Assembly: GCA_022800525.1 (NCBI GenBank)
Contig: JAAWQM010000007.1
Location: forward strand, 2,917-66,916
DNA: 64,000 bases
Direction: 5' to 3'
DNA from: Oscillospiraceae bacterium
GTDB taxonomy: Bacteria; Bacillota; Clostridia; Oscillospirales; Oscillospiraceae
Under the pieces are notes generated by a model. It was not told the origin of the DNA. It made no database searches and saw only the letters and a program-made list of their open reading frames with translations. The position numbers were made by a program, and so were the translations under genes. Shown one piece after another: positions 26,419 to 35,600 of the stretch (position 1 is its first letter; the number at the start of each line of letters is the position of its first letter).

Positions 26419-27600
26419 ATGGACTACGATTTTACCTCATACATAGACCGCTCCGCCGACGGCTCGGACAAATGGCGGATGATGCAGGAGCTGGACCCCG
26501 GCGTGGGGAAGGACGTTCTGCCCATGTCCATCGCGGACATGGAGTTCCTGACCGCGCCGGAGATCAGGGAGGGGCTGAAGACCTTCATCGACACCACCAT
26601 CCAGGGGTACACCGGCCCCACCCAGCGGTACTTTGACGCGGTGCTGGGCTGGCAGGAGCGGCGTCACGGCTACCACGGGAAAAAGGAGTGGATCGTCACC
26701 ACCAGCGGCGTGATCTCAGCCTTCTTTCTCCTGGTGCGGGAGCTGACCGGACCCGGCGACGGGATCATCATCCAGCAGCCCGTGTACCCGCCCTTTGCGG
26801 CGGCGGCGTCGTCCGGCGGGCGGGTCCTGGTGAACAACGCCCTCATTGAGAAGGCGGACACCTATGAGATGGATTTCCGCGACCTGGAGGAGAAGGCCAG
26901 GGACCCCCGGAACAAGGTCCTGATCCTCTGCAATCCCCACAACCCCGTCGGCAAGGTGTGGAGCAGGGAAGACCTGGAGCGGGTGGTGGAAATCTGCGCC
27001 GCCAACGGCGTGTTCATCATTGACGACGAAATCCACAACGACCTGATTATGCCGGGGTATCGCCACACGCCCCTGCCCACGGTCTCCCCGGAAGCGTCCC
27101 GCATCTGCGCCTACTGCACCGCGCCCAGCAAGACCTTCAATCTGGCGGGGATGCAGCTGTCCAACATCTTCATTGAGGACGAGGCCGTGCGGGAGAAGCT
27201 GCTGGAGGCGAAGCGGGGCATCATGCCCATGAGCCAGACCTCGGTCAGCTATGAGGCGTGCCGGTTGGCCTACGACCGGGCGGAGGGCTGGCTGGAGGCG
27301 CTGCTGCAGGTGATTGCGGGCAACGCCCGCTATGTGAAGGAATTCCTGGCGGAGCGCATCCCCCAGGCGCGGTGCTATCCCCTGGAGGGGACCTATCTGC
27401 TGTGGGTGGACTTCCGGGGCCTGGGACTGAGCCGGGAGGAGCTGGAGGCGCTGATGCTGCGGGCGAAGCTGTTCCTGGACGACGGGTCCATTTTCGGCGA
27501 AGCGGGGACGGGCTTTCAGCGGATTGCCCTGGCTCTGCCCCGGCCCGCCCTGGAGGCGGCGATGGAGCGGCTGGCCCAGGCGTGGCGTCCGCAGGGTTAA
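26419..27600 (+). CDS. MalY/PatB-type PLP-dependent C-S lyase (class I/II aminotransferase fold)
   Basis: ATG 26419 after AAAGGAGAG. MDYDFTSYIDRSADGSDKW start, PLP-Lys motif SKTFNLAG. Confidence 0.85.
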   Translation: MDYDFTSYIDRSADGSDKWRMMQELDPGVGKDVLPMSIADMEFLTAPEIREGLKTFIDTTIQGYTGPTQRYFDAVLGWQERRHGYHGKKEWIVTTSGVISAFFLLVRELTGPGDGIIIQQPVYPPFAAAASSGGRVLVNNALIEKADTYEMDFRDLEEKARDPRNKVLILCNPHNPVGKVWSREDLERVVEICAANGVFIIDDEIHNDLIMPGYRHTPLPTVSPEASRICAYCTAPSKTFNLAGMQLSNIFIEDEAVREKLLEAKRGIMPMSQTSVSYEACRLAYDRAEGWLEALLQVIAGNARYVKEFLAERIPQARCYPLEGTYLLWVDFRGLGLSREELEALMLRAKLFLDDGSIFGEAGTGFQRIALALPRPALEAAMERLAQAWRPQG

Positions 27601-27824
27601 GAGACTGGCCCCAGCGCCAGCCTTTCATGCCGTTCCGACTGAAAGGTCAGCATAACGGGGGCTTTCGCGTGATTGAGCGCCAGCAGCTCCGGCACGGCGA
27701 AGCGGACCCGTTCCAGCAATGCGTCGAATGAGCCGGATTCCAGCGCCAGTCCGGGCACGTCCTCGCTCTCCGCAATCCAGACGCGGGCCTCCGGGTCCCA
27801 GGTCATTTTAATGGTCAGTTCCAT
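27597..27824 (-). CDS. DUF1902 / HicB-like small protein
   Basis: 75 aa from ATG after GGAGG. MELTIKMTWDPEARVWIAESEDVPGLALESGSFDALLERV matches DUF1902. No HicA-like partner found. Confidence 0.6.
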   Translation of the reverse strand: MELTIKMTWDPEARVWIAESEDVPGLALESGSFDALLERVRFAVPELLALNHAKAPVMLTFQSERHERLALGPVS

Positions 27825-28048
27825 AGTTACCTCCATTGGCCCCCGGAGCTCTCCGGGGGCGTTTTTTTGCTGCGCATGTTCCATGCTCAGAAGGGATAAA
27901 CGTGGCTAAAGCATACCACGGCACACGCGAAAAGGCAATAGGAAGGAACGAAACGGCGGACGCGCCGTCTCCCTCCATATCTGTCCGGAAATCCGCCCCT
28001 GTTGCACGCTCCCATGCAACTTTGCCCGGATTCCGGGGACAGGTATAG

Positions 28049-28828
28049 ATGGTCCAACAAAACAAGCGAAGGGGGGAAGCGCGTCTGACCTATATCGACT
28101 ATCTGAATGATTTCCACAGGTGGCTCAGTTCCAACCATCTTCCGGGCAGCGCAAGGCTGCTCTACTATTCCCTGCTGGCAGTTTTCAACGAGGCCGGATG
28201 GCCGGAATCCGTCCAGGTGGATAACTACCGTCTCATGTCCATGATTGATGTCAGGACGGAAAGGGTAGCGATCTCGGCGAGGGATAAACTGGTCAGCTTT
28301 GGGTTCATACGCTACAGCAGGGGGAAAAAGGGCTGTCCCAATACATACTTCCTCACACGATATACCGGCGGAAAAGTCAGTCCATCCGGCAGCAGATCGG
28401 GAAGTGGATCGGGAAGCGTACCGGTCAGTCCATCTGACCGTCCATCGGGCAGTCATATAAAGACTAAGACCAAGACGAAGAAAAAGACGAAAGAAATCTC
28501 CCCTGGCGGGGAGATGAAGAGAGCCGCCGCCGTCGTGGACGCCTATCTGGACAAGGTTGGAGCGTATCTGTCGGAGCGGGGACGGGAGGAGCTGGCCGGT
28601 TTCGCCGAGGTCATGGGCGAGGAGGTCTGCCTGCGGGCCATTGACACGGCCCTGGACGCGAAAAAGGCGCACTGGCCGTATATCAGGGCCATCCTGGAGA
28701 GCAAGCAGTCCCAGGGGGTACGCTGTCTGGCGGACTGGGACGCGCTGGAGGAGAAGCGGCGGGGAGCCGCCGGAAAAACGGACAGGCCCTGGTCCTATGA
28801 CCCGGGCAGCATGGAGGGGAGCTTATGA
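28049..28828 (+). CDS. DnaD-domain replication protein
   Basis: 259 aa: N-terminal winged-helix-like region, low-complexity SGSRSGSGSGS/KTKTKTKKKTK linker. C-terminal DnaD-like segment AVVDAYLDKVG...LRAIDTALDAKKAHWPYIRAIL. Confidence 0.7.
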   Translation: MVQQNKRRGEARLTYIDYLNDFHRWLSSNHLPGSARLLYYSLLAVFNEAGWPESVQVDNYRLMSMIDVRTERVAISARDKLVSFGFIRYSRGKKGCPNTYFLTRYTGGKVSPSGSRSGSGSGSVPVSPSDRPSGSHIKTKTKTKKKTKEISPGGEMKRAAAVVDAYLDKVGAYLSERGREELAGFAEVMGEEVCLRAIDTALDAKKAHWPYIRAILESKQSQGVRCLADWDALEEKRRGAAGKTDRPWSYDPGSMEGSL

Positions 28829-29640
28829 ACGGAATAGACGGGGTGCTGCTGGACCTGGTGAGGAAATCCGCCGTGGAGGAAGAGCAGGGCGATTTCCGGC
28901 GGGACGGGCTGCTGCACTGCGGGAGGTGCGGCACGGCCAGGGAATGCCGGATTGAATTTGACGGCGTTCCGGTGGTGGTGGGCTGCATGTGCCAGTGCAG
29001 GACGGAGGAATCTGACGCAAAGCAGCGGCAAAAGGAGCGTCTGGAGCAGTTCATGTCCTGCCAGCGGCTGCGGGCCCAGGGCATCCAGGACCCGGCGGTC
29101 CGCCAGTGTACCTTCTCCGCCGCGAAGGGGACGAAGCGCATCGCCCAGTGCCGGACTTACGCCAGCCGCTGGGAGCAGATGCGGGAACAGAACGCCGGGC
29201 TGGTCTTCTGGGGGCCTCCGGACGGCGGGAAGACCTACGCCGCCGCCTGCATCGCCAACGCCCTGATCGACAGGGGCGTACCGGCGCTGATGACCTCGTT
29301 CCCGATGATTCTGAATTCGGGGTGGGACAAGGCGGAAATTGTGCGGCAGATGAAGCGGTTCCCGCTTCTGGTGCTGGACGATCTGGGCATCGAGCGGGAG
29401 AGCGGCTACGCGATGGAGACGGTGTATTTCGTCATCGACGAGCGGTACAAATCGCGGATGCCGCTGATTATCACGACCAACCTGACGCTGGAGGAGCTGC
29501 GGCGGCCAAAGGATATCCGGTTCAAGCGGATTTACAGCCGGATTCTGGAGATGTGCGTCCCGGTACACTTTGAGGAGCAGCGTATGCGGGAGGAAAAGGC
29601 GGCGGACAAAATGCGCTTTGCAAGGGAGGTGTTCGGCTGA
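28825..29640 (+). CDS. DnaC/DnaI-like helicase-loader AAA+ ATPase
   Basis: 271 aa. N-terminal Cys cluster CGRCG...CMCQC. Walker A GPPDGGKTY, Walker B LLVLDDLG. ATGA overlap with the DnaD-like gene. Confidence 0.8.
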   Translation: MNGIDGVLLDLVRKSAVEEEQGDFRRDGLLHCGRCGTARECRIEFDGVPVVVGCMCQCRTEESDAKQRQKERLEQFMSCQRLRAQGIQDPAVRQCTFSAAKGTKRIAQCRTYASRWEQMREQNAGLVFWGPPDGGKTYAAACIANALIDRGVPALMTSFPMILNSGWDKAEIVRQMKRFPLLVLDDLGIERESGYAMETVYFVIDERYKSRMPLIITTNLTLEELRRPKDIRFKRIYSRILEMCVPVHFEEQRMREEKAADKMRFAREVFG

Positions 29641-29728
29641 TCCGCCGGGACGCCCCGCAAGGATGGTTCTTCCGCCCTGAAATCAGCGAAACCCGGCGTG
29701 GATTTCCGAAGATTTGGAAAATTCACCG

Positions 29729-29757
29729 TTGACCCAGCCGCGTTTCGATAGTAGAAT
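29729..29757 (+). promoter_or_regulatory. sigma-70-type promoter of pcrA
   Basis: TTGACC 29729-29734, 17-nt spacer, TAGAAT 29752-29757. Confidence 0.5.
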
Positions 29758-29797
29758 AGGAGCTGACAACTTTTCAGGAAGAGAGACGAGGAGAGCT

Positions 29798-32230
29798 ATG
29801 ATACCAGATTTTACCAACCGATACATCGCCGCCCGCCGCGCGGTGATCGCCCGCCGCTATCAGCACATGAACCCGCGCCAGCAGGAGGCTGTGCTGTCTA
29901 CCGAGGGGCCGCTGCTGCTGCTGGCCGGAGCCGGGAGCGGCAAGACCACGGTGCTGATCAACCGGGTGGACAACCTGCTGACCTTTGGCCGGGGCAGCGA
30001 TACGGATGAGACGCCGGACTGGGCGGGGGAGCGTGAGCTTGAATTTCTGGAGCATTTTCCGGAGGACCCCTCGCCGGAGGACTGGCAGGAGGCCCGCCGC
30101 CTGTGCGCGGTGGAACCGGCGGTCCCCTGGTCCGTCATCGCCATCACCTTCACCAACAAGGCCGCGGGGGAGCTGAAGGAGCGTCTGGAGCGGATGTGTG
30201 GACCTGCCTCCAAGGACATCTGGGCGGCCACGTTCCACTCCGCCTGCATCCGCATCCTGCGCCGGGATATCCAACGGCTGGGGGCGGGATACGACAGCAA
30301 TTTCACCATCTACGACACCGACGACAGCAAGCGGGTCATCCGGGACGTTCTGAAGTCCATGCGGCTGGACGAAAAGGAGTACCAGCCCCGGTCCGTGCTG
30401 TCCATCATCTCCAACGCGAAGGACAGGGACTGGTCACCGGAGCGCTTGTCCCAGGAGAGCGGAACCTCCCACGACTGGCGGATGCCCCGCATAGCGGAAA
30501 TCTACGAGGGATACCAGCGGCGGCTGCGGGAGGCCAACGCGCTGGATTTTGATGATATCATCGTACATACGGTCCACCTGCTGCAAAGGGAGGAGGAGGT
30601 CCGGGCTTACTACCAGCGGAAGTTCCGGTATGTGCTGATCGACGAGTATCAGGATACCAACCATTTGCAGTATCTGCTGGCGCGGCTGCTGGCGGGGGGG
30701 TATGAGAATATCTGCGTGGTGGGGGATGACGATCAGTCCATCTACCGCTTCCGGGGCGCGAATATTGAAAATATCCTCAGCTTTGAGAAGCAGTATGATA
30801 CCTGCCGCACAATCCGTCTGGAACAGAACTACCGGTCCACGCAGAACATTCTGGACGCCGCCAACGCGGTCATCCGGAACAATACGGGCAGAAAGGGCAA
30901 GACCCTCTGGACGGAATCCGGGGCGGGGGAGAAGGTGCTGGTCAAGACGGTCCTCAATGAATCGGACGAGGCAAACTTTGTCGCCTGGCAGATTATGGAG
31001 CGGTACGGACATGGCGGCGAGTGGAGGGACAACGCCATCCTCTACCGGATGAACGCCCAGTCCAACGCCCTGGAAATGGCGCTCAAGCGCAACGGGATAC
31101 CCTACAAGGTCTATGGCGGCATGAAGTTCTTCGACCGCGCGGAGGTCAAGGACATGCTGGCGTATCTGTGCGTGATCCATAACAGCGCGGACGATCTCCG
31201 CCTGCGGCGGATCGTCAACGTCCCGGCCCGGGGGATAGGGGGGACGACGCTGGACAAGGTAGCGCAGCTGGCCGTGGCGGAGGGAAAGAGCCTGTGGGAG
31301 ATCATGGAGCAGGCGGGCTCGTACCCTGGGATCAGGAGCGGGGCAGGCAAGCTGATAGCCTTTACAGAGCTTATCAAAGAAATCAGAGCCAGCGAAAGCG
31401 TCCTTGATCTGCCGGAGCTGTACGATCTGGTGTGTGAAAAGACCCAGTATCTCAGGATGCTGGAGGAGAAGGGGGATATGGAGAGCCGGGGGCGCATGGA
31501 AAATGTGCGGGAGCTCCGCTCCAGCATCATAAGTTTTCTGGAGGGCGAGCCGGAGGACCCGTCGCTGGCGGGATTTCTGGACAGTGTGGCTCTGTATACC
31601 GACCTGGACGATTCTGCTGACAGCGATAACTGTGTTTCTCTGATGACCATGCACAGCGCGAAGGGTCTGGAGTTCCCCAACGTGTATGTGGTAGGGATGG
31701 AAGAGGGGGTTTTTCCGGGGATGCGCGCGGCAGGGGAGGAAGAGGAGATGGAGGAGGAGCGGCGGCTGTGCTATGTGGCCATGACCCGTGCCCGTAAGCG
31801 TCTGACCATGACCACGGCCCGCCAGCGGATGCTGTATGGCCGCACCAGTAATAATCTGCCCTCCCGCTTTCTTGAGGAGCTGCCGGAGGAGCCGGTGGAC
31901 TGGCAGCGCAAGCAGGAGTCCCGCGCAGAGGAGACGCCAGCGGCGGACCCTGCGCTGGCCGGAGGAGGGCGCTATTATACGGGCGGCGGCTCGGCGCGTC
32001 CCTCCCGGCCTAAGCGTGACCCTGGATTCACCGCACCTGTCAAGGCGGCGTCCGGCGGGCTGCTCCAGCTGGAAAAGGGGGAAATGATTTCGCACAGGTC
32101 ATTCGGGAGGGGGATGGTGTTGTCCGTCCGTCCGATGGGGAATGACGCGCTGGTTGAGGTTGCCTTTGACGGCGTTGGGACAAAGAAGCTGATGCTGAAG
32201 GTAGCGGGGGCGCATATCACCAAGCTGTAA
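29798..32230 (+). CDS. pcrA: ATP-dependent DNA helicase PcrA/UvrD
   Basis: ATG 29798. LNPRQQEAV, AGAGSGKTTVL, VLIDEYQDTN, TMHSAKGLEFP helicase motifs. Confidence 0.92.
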   Translation: MIPDFTNRYIAARRAVIARRYQHMNPRQQEAVLSTEGPLLLLAGAGSGKTTVLINRVDNLLTFGRGSDTDETPDWAGERELEFLEHFPEDPSPEDWQEARRLCAVEPAVPWSVIAITFTNKAAGELKERLERMCGPASKDIWAATFHSACIRILRRDIQRLGAGYDSNFTIYDTDDSKRVIRDVLKSMRLDEKEYQPRSVLSIISNAKDRDWSPERLSQESGTSHDWRMPRIAEIYEGYQRRLREANALDFDDIIVHTVHLLQREEEVRAYYQRKFRYVLIDEYQDTNHLQYLLARLLAGGYENICVVGDDDQSIYRFRGANIENILSFEKQYDTCRTIRLEQNYRSTQNILDAANAVIRNNTGRKGKTLWTESGAGEKVLVKTVLNESDEANFVAWQIMERYGHGGEWRDNAILYRMNAQSNALEMALKRNGIPYKVYGGMKFFDRAEVKDMLAYLCVIHNSADDLRLRRIVNVPARGIGGTTLDKVAQLAVAEGKSLWEIMEQAGSYPGIRSGAGKLIAFTELIKEIRASESVLDLPELYDLVCEKTQYLRMLEEKGDMESRGRMENVRELRSSIISFLEGEPEDPSLAGFLDSVALYTDLDDSADSDNCVSLMTMHSAKGLEFPNVYVVGMEEGVFPGMRAAGEEEEMEEERRLCYVAMTRARKRLTMTTARQRMLYGRTSNNLPSRFLEELPEEPVDWQRKQESRAEETPAADPALAGGGRYYTGGGSARPSRPKRDPGFTAPVKAASGGLLQLEKGEMISHRSFGRGMVLSVRPMGNDALVEVAFDGVGTKKLMLKVAGAHITKL

Positions 32231-32520
32231 GCCTCCGTCAAACCGGAGTAATCCCGGAGACCGCCACAGCCCGCACAGTCTCCAAGGTATACAGGCAATC
32301 CCCTTTACAGAAACTGCAACCAAAGGAACCCAACGGACAATCCCCCATAAGGTGGGCGTCAGCCAGCCGCATGACAGGCGATGGATGAAAGCTGGTTGAA
32401 GAAGCGGCGCCGCAGCGACCAGCTTCCGAAAGAAACCGTGGGTAGACGCAAAATCCGGCGCACCAACGCAGGCGTTGAAGACAGGACCAAACGAGGTATC
32501 GCCGGAGGGAAAATAATCGA

Positions 32521-32660
32521 TATATCGGGGGATTCTCAAGGGGGCTGCGCCCCCCCTTGAGCAAGCTTTTGGTACTTTTCCCTTGGGGGAAAAGTACGCC
32601 CCCGTCCCCCCGCGGGGAACGGAAGCCCCCTGCGGGGAACAGAAGTCCCCGCCGTGAAAC
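32521..32660. repeat. cluster of G/C-tract hairpins upstream of polC
   Basis: CTCAAGGGGG-CTGCG-CCCCCCCTTGAG, GTACTTTTCCC-TTG-GGGGAAAAGTAC, CCCCGCGGGG, CCCCCTGCGGGG. Style is related to the CTTT..AAAG hairpin of the repeat family. Confidence 0.55.
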
Positions 32661-32679
32661 GGTAAAAAGGAAAAAAACA

Positions 32680-35600
32680 ATGATACCATTTTTTGAATTA
32701 TTTCCCAACCTGCCCCTGGACTGGGGCTTACGGTCCCTTCTGGACGGGGCCGGTCTTTCCACCGTTGAGGTGGAAAGGGAGACCCGAGTCATGCGTATGG
32801 CCATAACGGTTCACGCCGGCCTGGGCGAGGCTCTGGAGAATCTTTCCGCCGTGGTGGCGGAGGCCTACGATCTTGCGAAGGTCTCCATCCACCAGACGGT
32901 ATCCGCGCCTGCGTCCACCGCCGCAGGCGGCGGCAAGAGCGCAGGCGGCGATCTCATCATGGGGGGCCCCATCAAGGGCGCCGTCCAGCCTATGGAGGGG
33001 CTGAATCCGAAAATGGGGAGTGTGGTAGTGGCAGGAAAAGTCTTCTTCGCCGACCTCTACGAGACCCGCCGTCCGGGCGTATTCTGCCTGACGTTTGATA
33101 TAACGGATTACCGGACCTCCGTCCGGGTGACGAAGTATATGGAAAAGGAGGAGAAGGCCAGGCTGAAGAAGGATGTAAAGCCCGGCATGTGGGTGAAGGT
33201 CCAGGGCTATGTCAAGCTCAACCGGGATGGCAGCGATATCCTGGTTGATCCGAAAAACATCTCCACCTATCCCCATGAGATGCGGCAGGACAAGGCCGAG
33301 GTCAAGCGGGTGGAGCTCCACTGCCATACCACCTTCTCCAACATGGACGCGCTGTCCTCGCTCAGCCCGAAGGCGGGGCCGGACAGCAACATTGTCAAGC
33401 GGGCGGAGGCGTGGGGCCATCCCGCCATCGCCATTACGGACCACGGGGTGGTCCAGGGCTTTCCCGACGCGTGGCACTCCGCCAGGGACATCAAGATTCT
33501 CTATGGCATGGAGGGCTATTTCATCAACAACATGGACGACCGCATTCCGGTCCACGGGACGCAGGAGGCGGCCTTCACAGACGAATATGTGGCCTTTGAC
33601 ATCGAGACCACCGGCCTGAAGGTCAGCCAGGAGGCCATCACGGAGATCGGCGCGGTGGTGATCCGCAACGGAGAAATCATTGACCGCTTCCAGACCTTCG
33701 TGGACCCCGGCAGACACCTGTCCAATGAGATCATCGCCCTCACCGGCATCACAGACCAGATGCTCAGGGGCGCGCCGAAGCCCGCCCAGGCGCTGGGGGA
33801 CTTCCTGGCCTTTGTCAACGGGCGGGTTCTGGCGGCGCATAACGCGGAGTTCGATATCGGGTTCATCCGGGAGGGCTGCCGCAGAGAGGGGCTGGCGTTC
33901 GACCCGACCTATGTGGACACGCTCATTCTGGCGCAGAATCTGCTGCCGGAGCTGGGAAAGTACAAGCTGGACATCGTGGCGGAGCATCTGAAGCTGCCTG
34001 CCTTCCAGCACCACAGAGCCAGCGACGACGCGGCTGCCTGCGGCCTGTTCCTGCCCCACTTTTTCAGGAAAATGGAGGCGGAGCTGGACGTCCATTCCCT
34101 CCAGGCGATCAACGCCGCCATGCCCCCGCTGCGGAAAAAGGGCCACGCCAGCCGGAAGCCCAAGCATATTATCCTCATCGCGAAGAACAAGGCGGGGCTG
34201 AAAAACCTCTACCGGCTGGTCTCCAAGTCCAACCTGCAATACCTCAAGCGCTTCCCGCTGGTCCCCAAGGATGAGCTGGCGGCTCACCGGGAGGGCCTGA
34301 TCGTGGGGTCCGCCTGCGAGGCAGGGGAGCTGTTCCAGGCGGTGGCGGACCGCCGGGACTGGGCGGAGCTGAAGCGCATCGCGGATTTTTACGACTTCCT
34401 GGAAATCCAGCCAGTCTGCAACAACGCCTTCATGCTCCGGGACGGCAAGGCGAAGGACGAGGAGGAGCTGCGGGATTTCAACCGCGCCATCGTCAGGCTG
34501 GGCGAGGAGCTAGGCAAGCCTGTCTGCGCCACCGGCGACGTCCACTTCCTGGACCCGGAGGACGAAATCTACCGGCATATCCTGCTGGACACCAAGAAAT
34601 TTGCCGACTGCGACTCGCCGCTGCCGATCTACTTCAAGACGACGGATGAGATGCTGGAGGAATTTTCCTATCTGGGCGTGGAGAAGGCCATGGAGGTGGT
34701 GGTCACCAACACCCGCGCCATCGCGGAGCAGGTGGAGACCTTCGACCTGCTGCCCAAGGGCAAGCTGTTCCCGCCGAGGCTGGAGAACTCCGAGGAGGAC
34801 CTGAACCGTTTGGTGTGGGACAAGGTCCGCGAGCTCTACGGCGAGGACCCGCCCCAGCTGATTGTGGACCGGCTGAACGTGGAGCTGGGCGGTATCCTGG
34901 GGAAGTACGACGTGGTCTATATGTCCGCCCAGAAGCTGGTCCAGCGCTCCCTGGAGAACGGCTATCTGGTGGGGTCCCGCGGCTCGGTGGGGTCCTCGCT
35001 GGTGGCCTACATGTCCGGCATCACGGAGGTCAACGCCCTGCCGCCCCACTACCGCTGCCCCAGGTGCAGGCGCAATGAGTTCATCCTGGACGGCTCCTAC
35101 GGCTGCGGCGCGGACATGCCGGACAAGGTGTGCCCGGCGTGCGGGACCAAGTACGTGAAGGACGGCTTTGACATTCCCTTTGAGACCTTCCTGGGCTATG
35201 GCGGCGGCAAGGTTCCGGATATCGATCTGAACTTCTCCGGCGAGTACCAGGCCAAGGCCCACCGCCACGCCATTGAGATGTTCGGCGAGACGCAGGTGTT
35301 CCGGGCGGGCACCATCGGCACCGTGGCGGAAAAGACCGCTTACGGCTATGTGAAAAAATATCTGGAGGCCAGGGGCCTCAACCCCGGCCACGCGGAAGAG
35401 AACCGTCTGGCGCTGGGGTGCGTGGGAGTGAAGCGCACCACCGGCCAGCACCCCGGCGGGCTGGTGGTGGTGCCAGACGACCTGGACGTGGAGGATTTCT
35501 GCCCCGTCCAGCATCCGGCGGACGCGGAGGACAGCGAGATCATCACCACCCACTTTGAATACCACTGCATGGAGGACAATCTCCTCAAGCTGGATATGCT

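Noticed and set aside
27887-28672. 261-aa minus-strand ORF, and 27808-28065 minus-strand ORF, examined as possible HicA toxin partners of the DUF1902 gene.
   Set aside because: There is no HicA-like motif or RBS, and they overlap the well-supported plus-strand DnaD-domain gene.
29714-29797. Upstream TTG start for pcrA offered by the ORF track. Similar N-terminal extensions appear in the track for polC (32557), the fucosidase (22348), the C-S lyase (26128), rlmN (51952), rsgA (55618), the zinc peptidase (49203) and LDH/MDH (22306).
   Set aside because: The extensions run through promoter, terminator or upstream-gene sequence. Internal ATG/GTG codons with proper RBS spacing reproduce the canonical N-termini of each family.
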